64,000 nt of DNA from Cyanophora paradoxa CCMP329 (GCA_004431415.1 QPMI01000230.1:1-64000), one strand, 5' to 3'; positions 52,601-64,000 are shown, counted from the first letter of the stretch. Notes: a model not told the origin generated them from the letters alone. A program made the numbers and translations.

Positions 52601-52713
52601 GCGTCCCCGGTGGGGGCGGGAAGGGCGGGGGGGACGCCGAGGCCCCCGCGCCGGCTCTGGCCCCCGTCCCCGTCTGCTGCTCCTCGGGTGTGCCCCTTTT
52701 CGCCAGCGCGTAG
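49619..52713 (+). CDS. MOT1: MOT1-family molybdate transporter
   Basis: E|ISGSLGDLGTFIPL, IP|MAVQPMKAIAAVA, IPQ|IPLTTLNSVVS and FGSTPYCHGAGGLAGQ|YKFGARS signature motifs. The start exon is uncertain. Confidence 0.92.
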
Positions 52714-53564
52714 CCGGCCCCGCGCCCGCCGCAGTGAAGTGGACACGATCGCGAGCAACAGTGCTGCCCCATGCAGAAACGAGTAAATTTAAATTTCGAA
52801 AGCGACAGCTGCAGAGAACTTCAGGTTTAGTGCATGATAGGTAGAGCTAGATCTAGCTATGCGGGTAACTTAGTAATCGATTTAAAATCGTCATCTTGTC
52901 GCGATCGTGATTTACCGATCGCGAGTCACTGATCATGACCCGCTGATCATGAGCCCCTGAGCCCCTGGGCCCTGAATTCGAGAATTTCTGATTCACAATG
53001 ATTCGATGATCATTCAATCCAAGGTCTGGACTCTGCCGCCGGGCCGCCAGCGGCGATATCACTCGACTCGCGATCGGCGATATCTCTATTCACTCGATAT
53101 CCGATTATCTCTAGGATCTGCACGAGCTGCGGAACGCGATGCCGAAGACGGGGCAGACGGGGAAGATCTGGAGAACCAGGCCCCCTATTCCAGTGCCTGC
53201 TCTCAGAGTCTCATGACAAGCGATCCGATGATCCGGGGAATTCGAAGTGCCTCCTGTCGATGCTTTTATTCCTTTTTTATTGTCGATTTTGGCTCTTTGT
53301 CTTCTCTTTCTTCGTGCTCTTGTCTTAGTTATTTTGCTTTTTTGTCTTTATGCCCCCTGGGCAGCCCCCGCAGTGCTGGTGTCTAGAGACTGTGGCCGGT
53401 AATTCACCAAAAAAAAGATGTTTTTATTCTAGATCTCAATCTTCTTCAAAGAAGCGCTGTACAAATCATGATCAAATCTCGAAGTCGAGCTGGGCAAAGA
53501 CGTTGTCGTCCTGCCCAAACTCGGCGAGTTCAAGGGCCGTGCCCGGGCTCGTAAGGGGCGAGGC

Positions 53565-54321
53565 CTAGGGCGAGGGCGTCGCCGCGCAGCCGCGGCTGCT
53601 CGGAAGAGCCGGCACGCTGCGAAGGTCTCAGAAGCAGCGAGGGTCAACGTTTGCAGCTGATCATGAGGAGAAACAACCTGTCCGCGAAGCCGGGGTGCGA
53701 GATATCGTCGTTGCGTTGTGGCAGCGGGTTCGTGTTCGGATCCCAGACGCAGCACGGGTCTGCGAAATTCAAGTGGACACACGCGTACAGAGCGCGCGAT
53801 TCGCGTGAAAAACACGTCTGCGTGCGAAAATCGCGGGCGGCGCGCGAAAAGCGCGCCCGTTGGTGAAGCCGTCGCCGTCTGCGTGCGAAAATCGCGGGCG
53901 GCGCGCGAAAAGCGCGCCCGTTGGTGAAGCCGTCGCCGTCCGAGTCGAGCTGGCAGAGTTCGCGCGTCCACGCGCGCCCGAGCCGCGTGAAGTCGGGCCC
54001 GAACACGTTCACCCCGCCGCCGCCCTGCAAACGATCGAAATTCGCGACAAACGTCGGTACGTCGGCACTTGTTTGGCACGCGGACCGTCGGACCGGCTCG
54101 TTGTGGCCCGAGCACGGCCACGCCACACCGTTCCGCTTCACGTTTGCCCCGTTCGGGAACAGCGTGACATACCTGCGCGCGGACGGCATGTGCAATCAGA
54201 TAAGGCGCCGACGCGGCCTGGCCCATGGCCAGTCGCGCGAGCCGCACCTCGTGTAAGCATAAGCGCCCGACACCCAGCCGAGCAGCAGCAGCAAGCTTAA
54301 GAGAGCCGCGCGGCGCTGCAT
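53565..54321 (-). CDS. Secreted temptin-domain protein (paralogue 1; possibly degenerate)
   Basis: Signal peptide MQRRAALLSLLLLLGWVSGAYA, then YVTLFPNG..WPCSGH..GGGGVNVFGPDF..WTRELCQLDSDGDGFTNG / DPCCVW..SHPG. The xELG codons before DPCC are missing. Confidence 0.8.
53815..53940. repeat. Perfect 61-bp tandem duplication spanning an exon/intron junction
   Basis: cgtctgcgtgcgaaaatcgcgggcggcgcgcgaaaagcgcgcccgttggtgaagccgtcgc occurs at 53815-53875 and 53876-53936, followed by a further cgtc. Confidence 0.95.
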
Positions 54322-54459
54322 TTTCCGAGAAGATGCGAGGAACTTTGGAAAGAGGAGAAGGTCTAGATCTATAGCCTAAGAGGAGCTTCGGAGAGGAGAG
54401 AATTCGAAGGGAGGCCGGTGCCAAGGTGGGAATTCGAAGGGGGCAGCAGGGGGGATCCG

Positions 54460-54746
54460 CACTAGTAAAAAGGGGGTAGCAACTGACCTAAAAGCGGGCT
54501 AAAACCGGGCTAAACCGAGGTCGACCGCGACTTAAAACCGGGCTATAACCGACCTTAGAATGTCCGTTGTGGAGCTAAAACCGGGCTAAAAAGTTTAGGT
54601 CGGACCAATAAGCGGGCTAAAAGCGGGCTTATTTTATAACCAGATTACATCGATATATATATCAGCCCCGACCAATAACCGATCGCCCGCCCCCGGGCCC
54701 CCCCGGCCCGCCCGCCCGCGCCCCGCCGCGCTTGATATACACTAGT
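54460..54746 (+). mobile_element. Solo CACTA/En-Spm-like transposon terminus with subterminal repeats
   Basis: Begins CACTAGTAAAAAGGGG, followed by six co-oriented AA(C/G)CGGGCT repeats in 54492-54629. AT-rich relative to the flanks. A second CACTAGT lies at 54740. No matching opposite terminus was found. Confidence 0.55.
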
Positions 54747-56642
54747 TTCAACCGTCGGCACCCGCACGGTCACCACAAAGAGCCATCCCGCCCAGCGGTG
54801 GTACTGCCGCTCCGTCAGGGGGCTCTCACGTGAACACGGGGGCGACACGGACGCGGAGGGCGCGCTCCCAGGCGGTGCCGAAGAGGGGCAGGAACACCGA
54901 GTTGCGGGTCGCCGGCAGCAGGACGAAGAGCAGCTGCAGCTGCGCCATCGCCGCGAACGCGTCCGCCGCCGCCCCCACCCCCGACCTCTGCGCGACGTCA
55001 GGAGGCTCTGGGTGTGAGGGGACGGGGCGGGGGGCCGGGCCTTGGCGGAGTGGCGGCCGTAGTAGGTGCCCCAGCAGGCGAGGAGGCCAAGGTAGAGGGC
55101 GGCGACGGCCAGCCCGCCGGCGTTCGCGTCGCTGAGGCGCCGGAGCGGCCGCCGCTGCCGCGCCAGCGCGCTCGCCCCCGCCGTCGTCGGCAGCAGCGCG
55201 ACGGCGGCGCCGGCGAGCAGCGCGGCGCCCGTGGCGATCCCGAGCGCCGCGTAGTTGTACCTTGGGCAGAGTCGGCGGCGAGGCGAGGACGCCGCGGCGG
55301 GCGCACGGGAAGGCCGGGACGCCACCCGACTCGCCGCCGGCGCCGGGCGTCAGGATGCGCGAGCCTGCGCTGCGCTCAGGGGGCAGCGGGCAGCGGCAGC
55401 GGGAGCCGCCGCACGGGAGTAGTCGACGGGGAGGCCGAGTTCGAGGGCGCGAGCGCTGAGGGCGGTCTGGAAGGCGGCGAGGGCCTGCGGCACGCTCCGC
55501 CCGCCGCCGTCCGGCGCGGGCAAGATCCGGAATGTCACGACGACGCTCCCCGCCGCCGCCGCCACGCTCATGATCTCGATCCGCGAACCGTCCACCTGCC
55601 TCGCGTCAGCCGCAACCAGAGGCAGCGGGCGGTGGTCAAGACGGACCCCGGCGGCGGCGGAGGCGCCCCTGCGGAAGGCCTGCTCCGCCGGGGAGGCCTG
55701 CGGCGCAGCGGCGCTCCAGCGCGCGATGTCCGCCTCCAGCACAACCTGCGCGGCGTGAGGCGGCGCGGCGGCAGCAGGGCAGCCGGGGTGCCTGGATGGC
55801 GGGGCTGGGCTGCTGCCCCGCGGCCCCTCCGGATCCAGTCCCTGTCGTCGTGTTCGGGCATCCTTCGCTGCTCGGGATGCTGCGCGGCGCCGGCTCGCTC
55901 AGCGCGCGCGCTAGCGCGTGTGAGAGGGAGGCAGGAACAGGGCGCGATCGCGAGCTAGCGCTCGAGCCTGTCGGCGAATGCCGGGTGCGAAAGCCCAGAC
56001 GCTCGGACCGGATTCGCGCCGACCGTCCACGTGCAGCAGGGATCTGATGCGCGATCAGCTTCGAGGCGAAAGGCGTGGAAGGCAGAGAAACCTCCAAGTT
56101 CCCAGCCGTTCAAAAACCCGTCGCCGTCCGTGTCGGCCCTGCGCGGTAGAGTCAGCGGAATTAAACATTTGATTTCTAAATGGAGATGTGCGGGCACCTG
56201 CAGAGTTCGGGCGTCCACTGGCGGCCCGCTGCAACGAAAGCGTTGCCAAAGGAATTGACAGGCCCGCCTCCCGGATTGGAGTGCCCCAGCGCAGGCCATG
56301 GAAGGCCATTTCGCTGAACGTTGCCACCATTCGGAATGAGCGAGTTATACCTGCGGACGGTGGCGAGCTGTCGATCAGCACGTCTAGCTAAAGAGCGCGG
56401 CCGAATTCGAAGGCCGAAGAGCTCGAAGCGCATGCGATGTTAAGGCACGAGCGTGGCAGCACGCGCATCGATATCGAGAAACCGGCTAAGCCTCGGTTTC
56501 TCGTTGCCCGCTTGCGCGAAGCGCTTGGGAGACGGGGGGCGCACGATTGATAGGCCGACGCAGCCGAAAGCGCCCCGAGGACGACCACCGCCAGCAGCGC
56601 GCCGCTGTGCCCGAATTCGAAGCTTGCGCGGCTGCGGTGCAT
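54645..56642 (-). CDS. Signal peptide + temptin domain + SEA-like linker + ferric-reductase-like TM domain; apparently 3'-truncated
   Basis: ALLAVVVLGALSAASAYQS|YNSLIPNG..WPALGH..VNSFGNAF..WTPELCR|ADTDGDGFLNGWELG|DPCCTW..SHP; RIEIMSVAAAAGSVVVTFRI; LLFVLLPATRNSVFLPLFGTAWERALR|YHRWAGWL. Recognisable coding sequence stops at 54768. Confidence 0.75.
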
Positions 56643-56978
56643 TCGATCGAGAAGCAAAGAAGAAAGAGAGAAGAGAGAAGAGAGAAGAGAAGAGAAAAAT
56701 GTTTTTTTAAAGAGTTTAGGAGGGAAGAGCTCAAGATCTAGAGGAGATGGGCAGATCTGAGAGGAGGAGAGGGGGGGGGGGGGGGGGGGGGGACAATCGG
56801 AGGTCTAGGGAGCTCGAGGAGAGGAGAAATCAATTGTTTCGCGATGTTTCCCCTTTTCCGAAGTCTTCCCTGGTTTGATACCGAATTGTTTCAAATACAA
56901 AGAAAAAGCCGTGGTTCAAAGAATCAGGAAAAAGCTGAGCGCGTCTAGCGCCGGGAAACCTCCGGGGGCGCCGCGGGG

Positions 56979-59900
56979 TCAGGCGGCGGCGCGGCCGGCG
57001 GGCAGGTCGGGCCAGCGGGCGTCGAGGGAGCCCGGGGCGAGCCCGTCCTCTTCGACGAAGCAGGCGCTGTTCCACAGCGTCTTCCACAGCATCCTGCGCC
57101 CCCCCGCTCGCTGCCCGGGGCGGCGGGGGGGCAGACGGACGGGGGCGACGCACTCGCGGACGACGGGCCGGTGGCGGGAGGGGACGCGGGCCACGAGGTG
57201 CCGCGCGAAGGCGTTCAGCACCGGCATGTGCTGCCCGCCCCGCGTCGGCGGCCCCGCGCCCTCTCCCGCGGGGCGGGGGGCGGGGCGGGGGGGTACCTCG
57301 TTGAAGGCGGCGTCGCGCTTCTCCCGCGGGTCGGCCTGCGCCCTCTGCGCGCCCCGGCCGGCTCAGAACGCGGGGGCGGGGGAAGGGAGGGGGGGGGGGG
57401 GGGGGGGCGCGGGCGGACGGCGACGGCGGCGATGCGCTGGCCAGCGGCGGTGCGGAGCATCGGCATGAGGCTCTCCGCCATCACCCGCCCGTCCTGGATC
57501 TGCCCGCCCGCCCCCGCTCAGCCGCCCGGGCCAGGGCAGCGCAGGGGAGACGGGCGGGGCGGGGCGGGCCTGGGCGATCTTGGCGAGGCGCGCCTCGGCG
57601 TAGTCCTGCATGGCCGCCAGGCTCGGGACCTCGCCGTCGGGCCCCGCGAGCACCCCGGGCCGCGCCGCCGCCCGCTGCAGGGACTCCTTTTCCTTGGGGG
57701 AGCCTCCCGGGGGCGCCGACTCCCGCGCCGCCGTCCCCAGCGGCCCCCTCGCCCCCGCCGCCTTCTTCGGCCCCTGCCGCCCCTCGGGCTCGGGGCGGGC
57801 GCGGGGATGAGGAGGGGGCGGGTGCGGGTGCGGCGCACCGCGCGGTCGGCGTCCGAGTCGGAAGCGCGGCTCTCGGGGCTGCCCGAGGGCCGCCTGACCT
57901 CCCCGCTCTCCACCTCCCCCTCCCCCTCCTCGTCCTCGTCCTCGTCCTCTTCCTCCGCCCTGCCAGACGCCCGCTCAGCGCGGGGGCGCGCGCGGGCGGG
58001 GGCGGCGGGGCGGCGCACCCGTCGTCGCGCCACTCCTCCTCGTCCTCGTCCCCGGCCGTGGCCTTCTTCCGCCGCTTCGTGACCTGACGGGCCCGGCGCC
58101 GCCGGCGTGAGCGGGGCCGGCGGGGCAGCGGGCCAGCGGGGCGGGGCGGGGACCTTCTTGTCGGCGCCGTCGGAGGGCCGTTTGGCCGTCTCGAGGGGGC
58201 TCTGCTGCGGGGGCTTCTTGAGCGGCGTCGCCCCGTCCTCGTCCACCTGCGCGCCGCTCGCGGGGCGCGGGGCGCGCTCGCGGGGGGCCGGGGCCGGGGC
58301 GCGCCTCGCGGTACGAGATCTGCTTGCGCTGCCGCTTCCCGCGCCCCGTCTCCTCCAGGTCCAGCGTCTGGCGGAGGGGAGGGGACCGCGTCAGGCGCCG
58401 GGGGCCTCTCGGGGAAACCGGTGCATGCGGGGGCGGGCCTCCTCGAAGTCGCGGGCCTCCTTGGCGCGCCGGGCCGCCGCCTCCTCCGCCGCCGCCCGCG
58501 CCGCCTCCTCCGGCACCACCTTCGTCCAGAAGTCCGCGTCTGCCGCCCCGCCGGCCCTCGTCGCCCCGGCCCGGCGCAGCGCAGGCGGGGGGGCGAGGGC
58601 GGGGCGGGCCGGGGCACCGTTGGCGTTGGCGCTCTCCTCCTCCTCGGCGGCGTCGCCGGCGCCCCACACGCGCGCGTCGCTGCCGGGCGGAGCGTGGGGA
58701 GGGGGCGAGGACGGGGCGGGGCCGGGGGGCACCTGAAGGGCCCGAGGACGCGGCGCTCGCGGGCGACGCGGGCGGCGTCCGCCGCGTCGGCCGCCGCGCT
58801 CGCCCCCACGTGCCGCTCCCGGTCCAGCAGCTCCTCCACCTCCCCCTCGCTGCGCCCCGGGACGAAGGACGAGTCAGGGGTACGACGCCGGAGGGCATGG
58901 GGGGGGGGGGGGCGGAGGCGCCTGTACACGCGGGTGACCTCGCCCTTGAAGATGCGCTCGGCGCCGTGGCGGAGGATCTCCTGCATCTCGCCGGGCTTGA
59001 GGCGCGTGTTCCCCCGCTCGTCCATCGAGTTCACGACGAGGTGCTCCAGCGCCAGCTGCCGCCCCCTCGGTCAGGCGGGCAAGCGGGGGGCGGGGCGGGG
59101 CGGGGCGGGCGGGGGGCGGGGGGCGCCTTCTTGCGGCACGTCTCGAGGATCTTCTCCTCGACGGAGCTCTGCGTGACGAAGCGGTACGCCATGACCTGCG
59201 AGGCGTGCGCCGTCAGCGCCGGCTTCGAGAGGGGCACGGCCCGCATCGCGCTCACCGTCCGCTTCTGGCCGAGGCGGTGGGCCCGGGCGAGGGCCTGCGG
59301 GGCGCGGCGGCCGGTGAGCTGCGGGGGCGGCGGGGGCGGCGGTGGGAGGGGAGGGGGCGGGCCTGGGAGTCGATCTGGGGGTTGAGGTCCGAGTCGAAGA
59401 GGAAGATCGTGTCCGCCGTCGCCAGGTTGATCCCTGCCCGCCCGCCACCCCACGCCCCTCAGCCCCCGCCTGGCCGAGGGCGGGGGGGGGGGGGGGGGGG
59501 GGGGGGGGGGTGGTGAGGGGGCGCGCCCTGGCCGCCGGCGCGGGTGGAGAGGAGGAAGATGAACTTGTCGGGGCCCGCCGGCCGCGGCTTCGCCTCCTCC
59601 TGCCCCCGCCCGCCCGTGAGAAGCGTCCAGAGCGGAGGAGGGCGGAGGCTGGGAAGGCGGACCTTCTTCTCAGAGTCGTCGTCGGTGTCGCTCTCGGCGG
59701 CCGAGGCCGAGGAGCGCGATGCCGAAGAAGAGGAGGGGCCCTCCGAGACCGGCGAGCGGGCCCGCGGGGGCCTGCCCCGGCCCCGGCCCTTCCCCTTTCC
59801 CCTCCCCTTTCCCTTCTGCGCCCTCGTTCGGGCCCCCGAGCGCGAGGGCGCCGAGAGGCGAGGGGACGCACCCCCTTGGCCGCCGCCCACTTCCCCTTCT

Positions 59901-62900
59901 TCTTCTCCTCCTCCTTCTCCTTCTCTTCCTTCTCCTTCTCCTCCTTCTCCTCCTTGGCCTTCTCCTCCTCGCGCTCCTGGCGGGGCTCAGGGGCGGGGGC
60001 GCTGCAGAGCTGAGCGGGCGCACGCGGCGGCGGCCGTCCTCGTTGAAGCGGTCGATGGCCGCCTGCCGCTCGATCGTGTCCGTCCCGCCTGGCCCCGCCC
60101 CTCAGACGAGAGGCGGGGAGGGGAGGGGAGGGGAGGGAGGGGCGCACCGTCGATGCGCTCGTAGCCCCAGCCGCGGGCCTGGACGTACTCCTCGAGGATG
60201 TCCAGCATTGAGGTGAACTGCGCGGCCGGGGGCGCTGAGGGCGGGGGGGCGCCGGGTCGAGGCTGGGGGCGGACGGTGGAGAAGATGAGGGCGCGGTGGC
60301 CGTTGCCACGGGCGCGCAGCTGGACGAGCATGCGGTCCATCAGCTGCAGCTTTGCCGACCCCTCCAGCAGCTCCGCAACGCCCCGCGCCTGCCCCGCCGG
60401 CGGCCTGAGAGGGAGAGGGGGCCCAAGGCAGGAGGGCAGGCGGGGGCGGGCCTTGGCGGGGCCGGGGGAGGACGGCTCCCCGGACGCCTCGTCCGAGCCG
60501 CCCACCTGCGCGCCCGCCTCCGCACAGTGGAAGAGGGCGATGGGGCGGGAGGGCGCACGTGGAGGGCGTGGTTGCAGCACTTGCGGAGCGCCATCATCAC
60601 GTCTGGCGGGGGCGGGGCTCAGGTGGGCGGGGGCGGGGGGCGAGGCGGGTGGCGGACTGTTGAGGACGCGGGACTTCCACTCGCCGCGCTTCTGGCTGAG
60701 CGACATGAAGTTGCGCTGGATGATCGCCGTGTAGAACTGGGCCCAGAACGGTCAGCGGTCAGCGGGGAGCGGCTAGGCTCAGCTCCTGGTCAGCTCAGCG
60801 GGGCGGGGCGGGGTGCGCACGGCGCGCTGCTGCTCGGAGAGGCCGACGGGGACGATGAGCTCCGCCTTCGCCGGCAGTTGCTGCGCGGCCGGCGGGAAGG
60901 CGGGGTGAGGGGGGCGTTGGGAGGGGGCGGCGGGGCGGGGCCGGGGGCGCCTGGAGGATCTCGGACTTGAAGCGGCGGAGGAGGTGCGGCTGCAGCTTCT
61001 CGTGCAGCCGCCGCACCTGCAGGCGGGGGCGAGGGGTCACGCGGGGCGGGCGGGCCGGGGAGCGGGAGGGCCCGGCGGCACCTTGTCCTCGTCGTCCACG
61101 GACTTCTTGAGGTCCTCCACCTGACGAGGGAGAACAAGAAGTCAGGAGCAGCGCCGGGGGCGGGGAGGGCCGGGAAAGCGGGGCGGGGCGGGGCGGGCCT
61201 GCTTGGGGGAGAAGTCGCGCGGCTCGATGAAGGCCATCAGGTTGAACAGCTCGTCGATGTCTGCCGCCTCCCCGCTTCGGAGGGGCGCCGGGGGCCCGGC
61301 GGGGGCGGGCGGGCTGGGGGGGCGCGCACTGTTCTGGAGGGGCGTGCCAGTGAGGAGGATGCGCCGGTGCGTCTTCAGGTTCGACAGCCGCTTGAAGAGC
61401 TGGCTGAAGCGGTCCTGCGGGGGAGTCGGGGGCCGAGGGGGCGCGCGCGCGGCCGGCGGGGCGGGCCTTGAGGCGATTGTGGCCCTCGTCGACGATGAGG
61501 CAGCGCCAGTCGAAGCCCGAGAGGTGCGAGTCTGCCGACGAGGGCTCAGAGGAGAGGGGGGAGGACGGCTCTGAGGAGGGAGAGGGGCGCGCGGTCGTTG
61601 CAGACGCAGTCGTAGTGCGTGATGAGCACGTCGAAGCGCGGCCTCCGAGCCCCGGCCCCCTTCTCCGTCTGCCCCGCTCGGTTGGCGGAGGGGAGGGCGG
61701 AGGGCAGGCGGGGGCGGAGGGGGGCACGCACGAGGAAGAACTCGTGCTCGCGGATGACCTTGCGGTCCTCCTTGCCCCCAGAGTACACGACCTGCGGGAG
61801 ATGAGACGGGGGGCACGGGAAGCAGATCAGGGGTACCGTGTAGGCGTCGGGGAGCCAGGCTGCGAACTCGCGCTGCCAGTTGAGGAGGGTCGAGAGGGGC
61901 GCCACCACCAGGAAGGGCCCCCTGCGCGCCCGTGAGGCCCCGTACCCCTCCCCCCCGGAGGACGGTACCGCCCGCACCTGGCCTCGGCGGTCTCGCGGAA
62001 GGAGGCGAGGAAGCCGATGGCCTGGATCGTCTTGCCTGGGGCCCCCGGGGGTCATGCGCCTGCTCTGGAAGGGGGGCGGGGGAGGCGGGGGCACCGAGGC
62101 CCATCTCGTCGGCGAGGATGGCGTTGCGGCCGGCGAAGTGGGCGTTGCGGAGCCAGTTGATCCCGTCCAGCTGGTACGCGTGCAGCGCCCCTGCCCCGGC
62201 CCCACGTTAGGAGGCGAAGGGGGGGGGGGGGCGGGGAGGGATGGGGGTACCCCCGCGGAGGTACTTGGGCTGCGTCCGCCACGCGTGGAACTTGTCGGCG
62301 CACTTGGAGGGGCGCGCCTCCTCCGCGCCCTTCCCCGAGGCCCGCAGCAGCGCCTGGCCCGGCATGCATCACGAATGGCGCCGGCCTAGAAAATGGAACC
62401 GGGGGCGGGGGGTACCGCGCGGTAGGCGTCGACGAGGGGCCCGAACTTGGCGACGACCTCCGCCTCGGGCTCCCACGTGCAGTCCCGGTACGGCAGCGCG
62501 CACCACTGGGGTACGGCCTCAGAGGGGAAGAGGGGGGGGAAGAACTGGGGGGTACCTTCACGAGGAGCTCCTTGGACTTCGAGACTTCCCTGCGGAGCGA
62601 GGGGGCTGAGAGAGGGGTACAAGGCGGGCGGCGGGAGGGGTACGCCGCACCGGTGGGCGACGATGCGGTCGGCGTGGAGCCAGGCCTTGTGCACCCCGGG
62701 CATGTTCCTGACGCCGGCTCGGCCGACGCCTGGGGGGGGGGAAGAGGGGGGTACCGCGGGTCGACGAGGGAGTCGTCGTTCTCCTCGTCCTCGGCGTCGA
62801 CGCCGGCCTCGTCGCCGGCCTCGTCGTTCAGCGCGCCCTCCGTGCGGCGCTTGTACCCCGCCAGCGCCATCTTGAAGGCGGCCCTCATGCGGGCCTGCCG

Positions 62901-63271
62901 GGGTGCCGTCAGGCGGGCGGGGGAGGGCCGGGCGGGGCGGGGCGGGGGGCGGGCCTGGGGGACCCAGGAGCAGCGGGCCCAGGAGAGGTCGCGCCACTTG
63001 ACGAAGTACTCGGGCTCGCCGTCGGCCCCCGCCCGGTGCGCGAGGACCCGCTCCGGCCGCTCCCGCCCCGCCTCGCAGTCCGCGCACACCGTCGCCTTCT
63101 TGCCCCGCCCCGCCGGCGCCCCCAGCGGCCCGCTGCACTTCGAGCACGCCGGGCCCTGCGTGGCGCCGCGTCAGCGCCCTCGGCGGCGGCCGGGAGGGCG
63201 CGCGGGGCGGCTGGCCTCGGAGTCGGAGTCCTCGGAGTCGGCGGACTTGCGGGGGCGCCCCGCCCCGCGCT

Positions 63272-63304
<33 letters not shown>

Positions 63305-64000
63305 AATCGCCGCTGCTGCGGGCGCGGCGCTTGTACTTCTCGCGCTCGGCCCTGGCCTTGGCCTCTGCCTTCATGCGCTCCACCGCCGCCCGCCGCGCCA
63401 CGATCAGCGCCCGCTCTGTCGCCGCACGCTGCGCGCCGCGCGCTCGCTCGTTGCGCGCACGCACACGGCCACGGGGCAGGGCACCTTGCCGGCGGTGTTG
63501 GTCCCGGGCGGCGACGGGTCGCACTTCTCGCAGAGCCAGAGCTCTGCGGGAGCCGGTCAGGGGCGGCGAGCTTCCCAGAGGGGCCGCGGCGCGCCCTTCG
63601 GGATGGGGTAGGGTCCCCCGTAGCACGCCTGGTGCGCCCAGACTTCGCAGGCTGCGCGGGTGGAGGTCAGCGGGGGCGGCGCGGGGCGGGAGGGAGCGCG
63701 GGGGCGCGCCCTCGCAGGCGACGAGCTGGTTGTCATGCGAGTCCTCGTACGACCCGCACACGGCGCACTGCTCGTCCGACGCGCTGCTGCTCCCCTCGTC
63801 GCTGCTGCTGCTGTCCTCCCCGTCGCTGCCCTCCCCCTCGCTGCCCTCCCTGCCCTTCGCCTTCCCCTTCTCCTTCTTCCCGGCGCCCTTCTCCTCCTCC
63901 TCCGCCCGCGGCTTCTCCTTCTTCGCCGGCTTCGGCTTCGGCTGCGGCTTGGGCATGTCCCGCGCCTCCCGCTCCCCGTCCTGCCGGAGCGGTCGGCGGC
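56979..64000 (-). CDS. CHD3/Mi-2/PICKLE-like chromatin remodeller (PHD, two chromodomains, SNF2 ATPase); 5' end off window
   Basis: PHD (CAVC..LVACEG..HQAC..WLCEKC); chromodomains EYFVKWRDLSW and LVK|WCALPYRDCTWE; LHAYQLDGINWL, ILADEMGL|GKT, LIVDEGH, LLTGTPLQN, FLLSTRAGGQ|GINL and QALARAHRLGQ. Confidence 0.93.

Noticed and set aside
53006-53568. ORFs in the AT-rich island as genes or transposase fragments
   Set aside because: No recognisable motif, and codon usage is unlike the real exons.
54492-54629. CRISPR-like or telomeric array
   Set aside because: The repeats are only ~9-11 bp, irregularly spaced and not a tandem telomere unit. There are no cas genes and the context is eukaryotic.
54321-54768. 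Read-through splice joining the reductase exons to the downstream temptin gene
   Set aside because: A frame-compatible acceptor exists, but the linker looks like a 5' UTR and the downstream gene has its own ATG and signal peptide. There is no positive evidence for the join.

Overview
This is eukaryotic nuclear DNA, very GC-rich and gene-dense, with many short (mostly ~50-90 nt) spliceosomal introns. The six-frame ORF track is therefore mostly misleading, and I rebuilt the genes by hand-splicing; coordinates are gene spans, not exon lists. A cyanobacterial-type GrpE with an MAAF...SSFIG transit peptide points to a primary-plastid alga, most likely a glaucophyte such as Cyanophora (inference). 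About 19 genes are supported: a tandem-PHD protein (partial), a giant coiled-coil protein, cytosolic HSP90, an M3A/thimet oligopeptidase, ARL2, an OXLD1-like protein, ATAD1/Msp1, an HPt phosphotransfer protein, NUP42/CG1, an EF-hand protein, a Tudor-like protein, a Pro-rich unknown, a WD40+coiled-coil protein, plastid GrpE, a RING-CH ligase, a MATH protein, a MOT1 molybdate transporter, two temptin-domain paralogues and a CHD3/Mi-2-like remodeller (partial). The most notable signals are: (i) unusual splicing, with frequent weak GC-AG donors, G-rich acceptors lacking polypyrimidine tracts, mutually complementary intron ends and patches of a sense-strand GTACCCC motif; (ii) a temptin-ferric-reductase fusion cut off by a CACTA-like terminus; (iii) an oligopeptidase with predicted membrane anchors at both ends. 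I found no rRNA, tRNA or CRISPR array.
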